Below, piece after piece: positions 1 to 7,882 of a DNA stretch of 40,889 nucleotides. The stretch's first letter is position 1. Each line of letters opens with the position of its first letter. The notes beneath the pieces are model-generated. The model saw nothing but the letters and a program-made list of their open reading frames with translations, ran no database searches and had not been told where the DNA came from. Source of the stretch: Gemmatimonadales bacterium (lineage in GTDB: Bacteria; Gemmatimonadota; Gemmatimonadetes; Gemmatimonadales; GWC2-71-9); contig DASXRM010000030.1 in assembly GCA_036506575.1 (NCBI GenBank), positions 1 through 40,889 on the forward strand, read 5' to 3'. A program made the translations under genes and the position numbers.

Positions 1-472
1 AGAGGAAGTAGGCGGCATAGCAGATCATGCCCAGCACGATGAAGGCATTCCCCAGAGCCACGTCTGGCGCAAGCGAGATACGGTCCGGCCCGATGAGATA
101 AACCGCTCCTATACCCGCCAGGACCACACCAGCGAATTTGAGGGCGGAAGCGGGCTCGCGACCGGTGAGGACCGAGCCGAGCACGGTAAACACCGGCACA
201 GTGGTCACGAGAATGGTGGCGTTGATCGCCGTCGTGTGCTGTAGTCCATAAAGGAAGAGCGTCTGGTTGGCGGCGATACCGAGCATGCCGAGCACGGCGA
301 GCCGTAACAGATCACCGGGATCCCGAATCCACCGGCCCGTTCCCGCATTGACCAGGAGGAGCACCGCCGTGGCGCCGAGTACTCGAAAGCACACCAGAGG
401 GCCGGCGGGAAAGTGCGGCAGCACGAAGCGTCCTGCGATCGCCAGGCTGGCGAAGAGGAGCTGAACCGCCAC
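1..472 (-). CDS. EamA/DMT-family permease, N-terminal part only (C-terminus lies beyond window start)
   Basis: Minus-strand frame is open from 628 to position 1. Translation reads ...VAVQLLFASLAIAGRFVLPHFPAGPLVCFRVLGATAVLLLV...LAVLGMLGIAANQTLFLYGLQHTTAINATILVTTVPVFTVLGSVLTGREP...AGVVLAGIGAVYLIG, typical EamA TM repeats. The first canonical start in frame is GTG at 472; a CTG slightly upstream is possible. It is absent from the ORF track because it runs off the edge. Confidence 0.7.
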   Translation of the reverse strand, partial: MAVQLLFASLAIAGRFVLPHFPAGPLVCFRVLGATAVLLLVNAGTGRWIRDPGDLLRLAVLGMLGIAANQTLFLYGLQHTTAINATILVTTVPVFTVLGSVLTGREPASALKFAGVVLAGIGAVYLIGPDRISLAPDVALGNAFIVLGMICYAAYFL

Positions 473-528
473 GAGCGCCAGGTGAACCAGAGGCTGCCCG
501 GCCGCGGGGTCGGGGCGAGCAGATGGAG

Positions 529-3141
529 TTACCGGCGCGGGCGGTCCCGTCGCCCCCTCCGCCCGCTTCGAGCGCCGTGCCGCTGCTGCCGTCGGCCTCC
601 TCGGCCGTAGGGGCCGGCCTCGTCTTCGTCAGGGGCCTTGGGCGATCGCCGGAGCAGGGCTTGCAAGGCCGGAATCGTGTCGGCCAGAAGGGGTGGGTGC
701 CGTCCTCGCTGGACGGCGAACCGGAGTGGACGATCCAGCCGGGGCAGCTCATCGGGACGCAGGCGCTTGGCTTGCCCTTCGCGCAGCCGCACCCGGGCTA
801 CACCTTCGCCGGCTTGAATCTCATAGTCGAGAGGCACCGCGTCTCCCCGGAGGTGGAGGCGCCCCGGCAAAGCCTCGAGTTGCTCCCGGGTAGCCGAGTC
901 CACCAGCTCGGCAGGGTCCAGCACGATCCGGGTCCTCAGGAAATCGTCCCAGCTGGTTATCCCTTCCAGCTGTTGGCGTATCCTCGCACGCAGCCGTTCG
1001 GGGGCAAGCTCGTTCAGGCTCCCCCCCGAGCGCCGCCAGAGCTCATTCAGCTCGCTGAGAGCGCGGCGCAGCCGGTGCTGATCGGGATGAGTGGTTTCTC
1101 CATCAAGGAGTGCCTGAGCGAGCACGTCGCGCGCGGCGGACTGTAGCTCCGGGGGAATCTCTCCGTCTATCGCCTCGATCTCGGTTTCCAGTTCGAATCC
1201 GAAGTAGGTGCGCCGGCGCTCGAGGGCGAGGCGCTGGTGCTTCCGGGGGCCACTCAGCACCACCTGGGGCGGTCCCAGGATAGCGTACCTCCGCACCAGG
1301 TCGTACGCCACAGTGGTGCCTTCGATCGCAGCACGAGGGGTACCGAACCGGTCGGCGAAGTAACGCAGGGTACCGGCTACCGCTCCCCAGCTCCCAGCCA
1401 CCGAGGTCTTGGAGACCCGAGCCTCCTGGCCGTCGGCCGTATGCTCGTCGATCACCAGATCGAAGGGCATGATACGGGCGACGAGGTCGGACCAGCGCCG
1501 ACGGATATCCTTGGATGCGTAGGGAAGTTGTTGGGGGAGAGGCAGCTCGAGCGAGCGGTAGACCGAAGCCAGGCCCAGCGCGGTGTCCTCGATGGCTTTG
1601 ACCAGCACACCCCGGCGCTCGGCCCATTCCTCCAGCGCGTCCTCAAACAGATGGCGCGGTAGCCCGTATACTTCGCCCAGGTAACCGTGCTGGTTTACCG
1701 CCTCCGCATAGAGATTGTACGCGGTGAGATGGTCGCTTCCATTGACGATGACACCGTGGAGATCCCGCTCTTCTCTGGTCATGCGGTGCAGTGACTCGAT
1801 GTTCGAGCAGACCGCGGCCATCGGAAGCAGCTCCGCATCCGCATGCACCAGCAGTTCCCCCCAGGGCCGCTCGACCGGGAGTGCCTCGACCTCCCTTCCA
1901 TAGGGAGTCAGTCGGCCGTTCTCGATCAGTCCCCGGCTGGTGAGCAACGCAATCGCTTGGTTGTAAGCCCGGCGGTCGAGCGGAACGGGAAGATCGAGAT
2001 CCCGGGCATCGACGCCCAGGGCAGCACAGGTGATCGCCACCCGCTCCGCATCGCCGGCCAGCTGAAATTCGGGTGGGGTAGGACGGAGCGCCTCGAAAAT
2101 CAGATCCCGGTCACTCAGGATCACGACCTCGCCGTTGGGGACCCGCCCGTGCACCCGGCCCGCCATCTGTAGAATTTCGTTGGCGCCCAGATACAGCCGG
2201 TGAAGGACATTACGGCCGCGGTCCACCACGTTGCCGTAGCGTGCGTCGTAGATCACCACGGTATCAAGCCCCCGCACGTTGAGCGCCGACTGGCCCGCGG
2301 CCGTCATCGCGAGCAAGAAGGGCCGAGCCACCTCGTCCTCGAGGAACGGCCGAATCACCCGGATCGGCTCCCCCCCATGGTAAAAGGCCGTGGTCAGGCG
2401 CGGCCACTGCTCCCCCAGGCCGGCGGCCAGCTTTTCGACTTCGGCACGAGTCGGCACGAACACGGCGACGCCGCGCTTTTCCTTCATTACGTGGCGGATG
2501 TAGCGCTCGTTCAGGAACTCTTCCGGCAGCTGCGGCAGGACCTGCACCTTGGCCTTGAGTGCGGGATCGAAGGCCTGGGTAACCAAGACCTCCGAGCTGT
2601 TCAGGTACTGGGCGTAGAACGTGGGGTCGACCGTCGCGCTGAGCCAAATGAAGCGGCAGCCCGCCCGCTTGCCCAGCGCGAGGCAGAGCTCGAGCTCGGC
2701 CGATGTCTGGTGGATCTCGTCCACCACGATGGTGTCCCGCCCAGTGATGAGATCGTCCTGAAACCAGCGCCGCGCGATGCCGGTCGTTTCTATGACCACG
2801 TTCCAGCTTGGCGTCTCCGGTGTCGCCTCCCGCTCCCGATTCACCACTCCGGGTTTGAGCGGCTCTCTCAGGATCGACTCCGCGATGGGACGAATGCCGA
2901 GCGTCTTGCCCGTCCCGGTCCCCGCGACAATACCGAATGCCAGCCCTTCGCCGGCCCACTCCCGAAGCTCGGCGCCGTGCTCCCGCTCGAGCAGGGTGTC
3001 GACCTCGAGTCCCAGGGCCAGCTCGATCGTCTCGCACGCGGCTCGGGTGGGAGCGATGATGATGATGCGGCCTTTGGGATGAGGCGCGAGTCGGTAAGCG
3101 TTGGGGTCGGGCGGAAGATGATGATCGCGGGAGGGGTGCAT
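529..3141 (-). CDS. DEAH-box (HrpA/HrpB-like) ATP-dependent helicase, 870 aa, with Arg-rich C-terminal tail
   Basis: Walker A 'AGTGTGKT', motif II 'VVDEIH', motif III 'SAT', motif VI-like 'QMAGRVHGR'. The C-terminus is GRGGRRQQRHGARSGRRGRRDRPRR. Overlapping ORFs in other frames are Arg/Pro/Gly-rich shadows. Confidence 0.85.
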   Translation of the reverse strand: MHPSRDHHLPPDPNAYRLAPHPKGRIIIIAPTRAACETIELALGLEVDTLLEREHGAELREWAGEGLAFGIVAGTGTGKTLGIRPIAESILREPLKPGVVNREREATPETPSWNVVIETTGIARRWFQDDLITGRDTIVVDEIHQTSAELELCLALGKRAGCRFIWLSATVDPTFYAQYLNSSEVLVTQAFDPALKAKVQVLPQLPEEFLNERYIRHVMKEKRGVAVFVPTRAEVEKLAAGLGEQWPRLTTAFYHGGEPIRVIRPFLEDEVARPFLLAMTAAGQSALNVRGLDTVVIYDARYGNVVDRGRNVLHRLYLGANEILQMAGRVHGRVPNGEVVILSDRDLIFEALRPTPPEFQLAGDAERVAITCAALGVDARDLDLPVPLDRRAYNQAIALLTSRGLIENGRLTPYGREVEALPVERPWGELLVHADAELLPMAAVCSNIESLHRMTREERDLHGVIVNGSDHLTAYNLYAEAVNQHGYLGEVYGLPRHLFEDALEEWAERRGVLVKAIEDTALGLASVYRSLELPLPQQLPYASKDIRRRWSDLVARIMPFDLVIDEHTADGQEARVSKTSVAGSWGAVAGTLRYFADRFGTPRAAIEGTTVAYDLVRRYAILGPPQVVLSGPRKHQRLALERRRTYFGFELETEIEAIDGEIPPELQSAARDVLAQALLDGETTHPDQHRLRRALSELNELWRRSGGSLNELAPERLRARIRQQLEGITSWDDFLRTRIVLDPAELVDSATREQLEALPGRLHLRGDAVPLDYEIQAGEGVARVRLREGQAKRLRPDELPRLDRPLRFAVQRGRHPPLLADTIPALQALLRRSPKAPDEDEAGPYGRGGRRQQRHGARSGRRGRRDRPRR

Positions 3142-3153
3142 GTGTAAAAGAAG

Positions 3154-3387
3154 GCGGAACGGCGGTAGGGCGGAAGAGGCGGAGAGGGCGGAAGGAGCGG
3201 AAGAGGCGGAAGAGGCGGAAGAGGCGGATGGGAAAGACGTGCTAAGCCGGTACGCGGATCCTCATCCGGAACCTGTTTGGTAGGTCCCTCGCTACGCTCC
3301 GGATGAGGAACTCCGACTTACCGCTAATCCCCTTTCCACTATTCCGCACTTTCCGCACTTTCCGCACTTTCCGCCCTCTCCGCCCTC
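3154..3387. repeat. Inverted short-tandem-repeat hairpin module A (9-nt units)
   Basis: Left array 3154-3232 has 9 units: gcggaacg, gcggtagg, then GCGGAAGAG-type 9-mers x7. Right array 3334-3387 has TTCCGCACT x3 plus TTCCGCCCT and CTCCGCCCT, the reverse complement of GCGGAA-core units. The ~100 nt centre carries its own stem, CCTCATCCGGA (3260-3270) / TCCGGATGAGG (3298-3308). The right array ends flush with the stop codon (3388-3390) of the upstream minus-strand gene. Confidence 0.9.
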
Positions 3388-6300
3388 CTAGAACCCCGGC
3401 TGCAACTCAAACTGCCAGACCCATCCCCTTCCCGGCCGATCGAATGGCCGTACCAGATCCACTTCCGCGACGGCAAAACCGAGCAGGTTGATCCGGAGTC
3501 CCGCCCCGGCGCTGAAAACCGGATCCCGAGTCCCGGAGCCCAGCACCGATGGGTCGTGCTGGGTGTCCCAGGCGAGCCCTCCGTCGCCGAAGACCGCAAA
3601 TTCGAGAGGAAAAGCGCCGTAATAGCCCGAGCCGATCCCCAAGGCGCCGAAGAGCGGAAAGCGAAGTTCGGCGTTGGCGACCACGATCCTGCTGCCGAGC
3701 AACTGATCGAACACCGGACAAGAGTTGGGATCGTCTTTCGTTGGCTTACACTCGGAAGCGTCGAATGAGCCGTAGCCGTATCCTCTGACCAGCCCGGGGT
3801 AGCCCAAAAAGAGCGGCTGCAGCCGGGCATCTTCTCCATCCTTTCCGTACCGCCCGTAGTGCAGCAGTCGAGCGGCGAACGTGACCGGACGGACCGGCAT
3901 GAAGTACCTCCGGTAGTCTCCCAGAACTCCGACGAAACTCAACGAGCCAACCGTCGGTGACACTTCGAAGCGATAGCGTTGTCCGAGTATCGGGCTGGTC
4001 GCGCCGAAGAAGGAGTTGTCGTAGACCAAGGCGGCACTCGCCACACCGAGATTGAGCGACTTCCCCGCCGGGAGATCCACCTGGTCGTCCGCAATCACGT
4101 CACCGGTGACCAACGAGAAGGCTGTGGTGCGTAGCTCGTTGCTGAACGAGATGTTGGTGAGTCCGGCCTGGAACTCCACCCGCTGGACCGGGCTGAATGG
4201 ATAGGCCAGCTGGCCGAAGACATCCCGGTTGATCTGGCGCTGAATCAGCTGCTGGTCCACCAGGGCCGGCTCGCCATTTACGTTCGCGGTGCCTTCGGCA
4301 AAGCCTCCGGTGAGATACGGAGTCTGATCGGCACCCACCCCCCAATTGAGCCGGTGAGTCAGATTCTGGTAGGCAACCAGCGCGTTCACGTCCTTCAGGG
4401 TGCCCTGGACGTTCAGACCGGTGACGAGGTTATGATTGCCGAGAACGTCACTGAAGTAGAGCGACGCGCCTCCACCCACGTAGGTGCCGAAGTCGCTGCT
4501 TCCGAGTGCCAGCGACGGCCGGCCTACATAAGTCAGCGCCAGACCCGGATGGTACCGCTGCACCGGGAACTCGGAGTCCGCCGGGAGCCCGACCCGCGGA
4601 TTCTGCAGGAGCGGCAGCAGGATCTCCCCCGTGCGAGTGAGGGGCGGCAGGCTCCCTGCAGCGGGCACCGTAGTCGACCCATAGGCGCGGTAGGCGGTTG
4701 CCGGGGCCGAAGCAACCGCCGCCGGAGCATCGATGGCGTAGAGCTCGTAACCGTTGGCCCGAAAGAGGCTGTAAACCATGCGCCCGGATCGCTGGGCCAC
4801 GGAGAGGGCCGGACTGGTCTCGGAGATTCCGCTGACGCCGGTGAACAGATCCGTCACCTGCAGGCGCTGCCCACTCGCGAGGTCGGTCTTGTAAATGTTG
4901 GTGATCCCGTCAGGATCGGACAGGAAGTAGAGGCTCAATCCGTCGGGTGACCATTGGGGATCGAGCTCCCGACCGCCCTTCGCTCCAGTCACAGGCCGAA
5001 TGGAACCGGTCGCCACGTCCAGCAACGCCAGAGAGTAGGACCCGATACGGAGAGTGGACAGGTCTGTGCTGTATCGGTCGGTGACAAAGGCGAGCGTGCG
5101 CCCGTCAGGTGACCAGGCCGGCTGCAGGTCGGCAAATTGGTCATCGGTGAGCCGGCGGAGCTGCTTGTCCTCTAGACCATAGGTGTACAGCTCCGTCAGG
5201 CCTCCCGTGACCCCGGAGAAGGCGATGGACCGGCCGTCGGGCGACCAGCTCGGGTTGAGAATCTGCCCCAGTTGAGGGAACCGAGTCTCGCTCGTCCTCT
5301 TGCCCCGATCGACATCGTAGAGAACCAGCACCGGCCGCCCGGCGCTGATCGCGGCGAAGACGAACCGCTTGCCATCAGGAGACCAGCTCCCCGCCGACTC
5401 GATGAATTCCAGGCTCTGGAGGTGGGCGTCCACCGCCGTTTTGGTGACCTGACGCTCGATCTTTCCGGTTCTCGCATCGGCCAGGAACAGGTCAATTGAA
5501 AAAAGATCCCGGTCGGACAGAAACATCATCCGGGTCCCGTCCGGGCTCAGAGAGGGTGAGACGTTGTAGCGGGTCCCGTGACGGGCACCAACGACTCGGG
5601 GACCGAAGGTCTCGGGAGCACGGGCCTCGGCCAGCAGCGGGTCATAGGTCGCGTGGAGCTCCGCGTGCCACCGAGCCACCAACTCGTCGGGGCTGATTCC
5701 CAGAACCTCGCGGATGGCCGGATCCATGGCCCGCCGGCGGGCGGCCGCCCGCAGCAACTGTCCGATCGCCTGATCTCCCCAATGTCCTGCCACGTAAGCC
5801 AGGAGGGCATGGCCATACCGGTAGGGGAAGTAGCGGGGATCGTCGAGTTGCCTGTAGGTCGGGAGGGTATCTTTGGCCGTGTCCTGGATCGCGCCTCGCA
5901 TCCACATCGCCGTGGGCGCGTGGTTCGGGCCCAGGGAGCAATACTCAGCCATCCCCTCGATGAACCACAGGGGAAGCGCGGTTGCAGACGGGAGGGCGCC
6001 CAGATTTCCCGCTCGGCCATTGCCGGAAATGTCGTACTGAAACGCGTGGGTCAGCTCGTGGCCGATAACGTGGTTGAGATCGCCGAGGGTTCCTCCAATA
6101 GGCAGGACGATGCGCCGGCGGAGAGCTTCGGTAACCCCACCTGTCCCCTCTCCGAGATCGCCGCCGATGGCATTGGTCTGCTGGAATTCCGCGGAACTGG
6201 CATACAGGATGAGCGGCTGCCGGCCGGACAGCTCGTGTTTGAACATCGTCGACAGTCGGCTGAGCCACCGCTCGGCCATGCGCCCGGCGTCGCCGGCAGC

Positions 6301-6483
6301 GACCTGCTCGCTCGAGTAAAAATAGATGTCGAAGTGCTGGGTCTTTAGCACATGCCAGTCGAACTTGCCGTATTGAACCTTGTTGCGGCCGAAGTACTGG
6401 GCGTGGAGGGGGGATGCTACCGCCGTGAGAGCCAGCGTGACGAGCCAGAGAGTGCGGCGAGGGCCGCAGCGGGTGGACAACAT
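3388..6483 (-). CDS. Outer-membrane multidomain protein: N-terminal HEXXH metallopeptidase-like domain + TolB-like PD40 beta-propeller repeats + C-terminal Omp85/BamA-type barrel
   Basis: Signal peptide MLSTRCGPRRTLWLVTLALTAVASPLHAQ. 'HVIGHELTHAF' (HEXXH). Repeated 'SWSPDGKRFVF / SWSPDGRSIAF / AWSPDGRTLAF / QWSPDGLSLYF' PD40 motifs. The C-terminus 'ANAELRFPLF...AGAGLRINLLGFAVAEVDLVRPF...WQFELQPGF' ends in Phe as in beta-barrel OMPs. GGAGG lies 6 nt upstream of ATG 6483. Confidence 0.8.
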   Translation of the reverse strand: MLSTRCGPRRTLWLVTLALTAVASPLHAQYFGRNKVQYGKFDWHVLKTQHFDIYFYSSEQVAAGDAGRMAERWLSRLSTMFKHELSGRQPLILYASSAEFQQTNAIGGDLGEGTGGVTEALRRRIVLPIGGTLGDLNHVIGHELTHAFQYDISGNGRAGNLGALPSATALPLWFIEGMAEYCSLGPNHAPTAMWMRGAIQDTAKDTLPTYRQLDDPRYFPYRYGHALLAYVAGHWGDQAIGQLLRAAARRRAMDPAIREVLGISPDELVARWHAELHATYDPLLAEARAPETFGPRVVGARHGTRYNVSPSLSPDGTRMMFLSDRDLFSIDLFLADARTGKIERQVTKTAVDAHLQSLEFIESAGSWSPDGKRFVFAAISAGRPVLVLYDVDRGKRTSETRFPQLGQILNPSWSPDGRSIAFSGVTGGLTELYTYGLEDKQLRRLTDDQFADLQPAWSPDGRTLAFVTDRYSTDLSTLRIGSYSLALLDVATGSIRPVTGAKGGRELDPQWSPDGLSLYFLSDPDGITNIYKTDLASGQRLQVTDLFTGVSGISETSPALSVAQRSGRMVYSLFRANGYELYAIDAPAAVASAPATAYRAYGSTTVPAAGSLPPLTRTGEILLPLLQNPRVGLPADSEFPVQRYHPGLALTYVGRPSLALGSSDFGTYVGGGASLYFSDVLGNHNLVTGLNVQGTLKDVNALVAYQNLTHRLNWGVGADQTPYLTGGFAEGTANVNGEPALVDQQLIQRQINRDVFGQLAYPFSPVQRVEFQAGLTNISFSNELRTTAFSLVTGDVIADDQVDLPAGKSLNLGVASAALVYDNSFFGATSPILGQRYRFEVSPTVGSLSFVGVLGDYRRYFMPVRPVTFAARLLHYGRYGKDGEDARLQPLFLGYPGLVRGYGYGSFDASECKPTKDDPNSCPVFDQLLGSRIVVANAELRFPLFGALGIGSGYYGAFPLEFAVFGDGGLAWDTQHDPSVLGSGTRDPVFSAGAGLRINLLGFAVAEVDLVRPFDRPGRGWVWQFELQPGF

Positions 6484-6656
6484 TCAATGCCTCCAAGCGA
6501 CAATGCCCCGCGCCAACGCGGCATGGCGGTGACCCAGAACACATGGTGCGCAGAGCCTCGCGCAACCGCTGCCGGGAATTCGGTAAGGTTCGGCTTTGCG
6601 AGGGTTGTGCCAATGAGCTAAGTGGTTGCTGTCCGTCGAGAGTAGACGGCCTCACG

Positions 6657-6689
6657 GCCACAATGTCCGACCGGCGGCGCCACATTGTC
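6657..6689. repeat. 11-nt direct repeat x2 at 22-bp periodicity (GCCACAATGTC / GCCACATTGTC) in the upstream region of the OM-protein gene
   Basis: Copies at 6657-6667 and 6679-6689 show 10/11 identity, separated by 11 nt (two helical turns centre to centre). A small hairpin CCGTC(6633-6637)/GACGG(6645-6649) lies next to them. Any regulatory role is inference. Confidence 0.5.
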
Positions 6690-6731
6690 TGGGTAAGAGG
6701 TGCTATGGCCCTTTGGGGCTGAGTCGGATGA

Positions 6732-6959
6732 TCAGGCGACCCGGCCCCGTGAGCGCTTTCCGCGCGGGCTGGGCGACTCTGGCTCCGGCACCGCTTGCAG
6801 ATCGAGCCATTGGCACACGATGCGAAACGCAGACTCGCGGTCCAGACCGAACTCACTCATCAGGTAGGGCACCGCTCCGTACATGTTGGTGCGGCCGTCG
6901 GCTCTGAGTTTACGGAGGAAGCGAAAGAAGGGATTTGGTTGCGGCGGAGCTGATTTCAT
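6732..6959 (-). CDS. Small hypothetical protein (75 aa), divergent from fae
   Basis: ORF MKSAPPQPNPFFRFLRKLRADGRTNMYGAVPYLMSEFGLDRESAFRIVCQWLDLQAVPEPESPSPRGKRSRGRVA. Composition is not shadow-like and it has its own promoter-like element immediately upstream. No family recognised. Confidence 0.45.
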   Translation of the reverse strand: MKSAPPQPNPFFRFLRKLRADGRTNMYGAVPYLMSEFGLDRESAFRIVCQWLDLQAVPEPESPSPRGKRSRGRVA

Positions 6960-6969
6960 GCTACCCGAA

Positions 6970-6997
6970 TATATACCGAAGCCTACTCCGCCATCAA
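6970..6997 (-). promoter_or_regulatory. Candidate sigma70-type promoter for the 75-aa ORF (short-leader or leaderless geometry)
   Basis: On the minus strand: TTGATG (6997-6992), 16 nt spacer, TATATA (6975-6970). The -10 ends ~10 nt before ATG 6959 and there is no SD. Confidence 0.35.
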
Positions 6998-7062
6998 GTC
7001 CGCTGGACGATCTGCTGGGGGAGGCGCCGAAAAAACCGGTTGCACCGCTGGCTCATTTCGAC

Positions 7063-7091
7063 TTGACACCGCTAAAAGCGGCTTCCATACT
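7063..7091 (+). promoter_or_regulatory. Candidate sigma70-type promoter for fae
   Basis: TTGACA (7063-7068), 17 nt spacer, CATACT (7086-7091). It lies in a lower-GC intergenic stretch ~180 nt upstream of the fae ATG. The spacer contains the palindrome CCGCTaaaAGCGG. Confidence 0.45.
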
Positions 7092-7271
7092 AGGGTCCTC
7101 AACGTACGGCAAAGTACTCAGCGCACTGAGCTACCGCCCTGCGGGAGTGCGTGATCGGGTCGTCCGTTTCCCCGCGCTGCTCCTCATCCGAGCTCACCCT
7201 TCGCCAACGTCGAGCTAACCATGTGGCGTGAGATTCTCTCCTTTTTCAACAAAACGGATACGGAGGCAGTT

Positions 7272-7784
7272 ATGGCTGGAGAATTCTACATCGGTGAATC
7301 GTTGGTCGGAGAGGGCAATGAGATTGCTCACATCGACCTGATCATCGGCTCGAAGAGTGGTCCAGCGGGCGCGGCCTTCGTCAATGCGCTCTCGACCCAG
7401 ACCGATGGCTTCAATCATCTCCTCGCCGTCGTCACGCCGAACCTTCCCGCGAAGCCGGACACCGTGCTCTTCAACAAGGTCACGATCAAAGGCGCCAAAC
7501 AGGCTGTTCAGATGTTCGGCCCAGCGCAGGCGGCGGTTGCCCGGGCGGTGGTGGACAGCGTCGCCTCGGGAGTGATCGACAAGAGCAAAGCGAACGACCT
7601 CTGTGTTGTGGTGGGCGTGTTCATCCACTGGCAGGCCGAGAACGACAAGAAGATCTTCGACTACAACTATCAGGCCACCAAGGAATCGATCCAGCGGGCG
7701 TTGCAGGGCAAGCCGACGGTGGACGAGGTGCTGCAGCGGTACAAGGCCGCGCGCCACCCGTTTGCCAGCGGTGCCGAGGGCTGA
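7272..7784 (+). CDS. fae: Formaldehyde-activating enzyme
   Basis: 'GESLVGEGNEIAHIDLIIG', 'LLAVVTPNLPAKPDTVLFNKVTI', 'QAVQMFGPAQAAVARAV' and 'VGVFIHW' match the Fae of methylotrophs as I remember it. The internal ATG 7272 is preceded by GGAGG (7263-7267) and is preferred over track start 7221. Confidence 0.93.
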   Translation: MAGEFYIGESLVGEGNEIAHIDLIIGSKSGPAGAAFVNALSTQTDGFNHLLAVVTPNLPAKPDTVLFNKVTIKGAKQAVQMFGPAQAAVARAVVDSVASGVIDKSKANDLCVVVGVFIHWQAENDKKIFDYNYQATKESIQRALQGKPTVDEVLQRYKAARHPFASGAEG

Positions 7785-7812
7785 TCGTACAGTCCCGCTG
7801 ATCCGAGGTTCC

Positions 7813-7851
7813 ACGAGGGGCGGCCCGCTGCTGGGGCGCCCCTCGTCTTTT
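7813..7851 (+). terminator. Rho-independent terminator/attenuator after fae
   Basis: Perfect 10-bp GC stem ACGAGGGGCG (7813-7822) / CGCCCCTCGT (7837-7846) followed by CTTTT (7847-7851). Confidence 0.7.
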
Positions 7852-7882
7852 AGAGACCATCGCCCGGGAGATGCCGCCGCCG

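Noticed and set aside
3154-3387. Possible CRISPR array (also considered for 26879-26990, 27367-27503 and 30497-30632)
   Set aside because: The units are only 7-9 nt, directly tandem with no spacers, and occur as inverted arm pairs. There are no cas genes in the window. These are not CRISPR.
3303-3491. ORF 3303..3491 (+) encoding 'FRTFRTFRTFRPLRPP...'
   Set aside because: The translation is an artefact of reading through the 9-nt tandem repeat of module A, and it overlaps the 3' end of the OM-protein gene.
6883-7218. ORF 6883..7218 (+, 111 aa) in the fae upstream region
   Set aside because: It spans the divergent promoter region and overlaps the 75-aa minus-strand ORF start. It has no RBS and no family resemblance, so it is more likely non-coding leader or promoter DNA.
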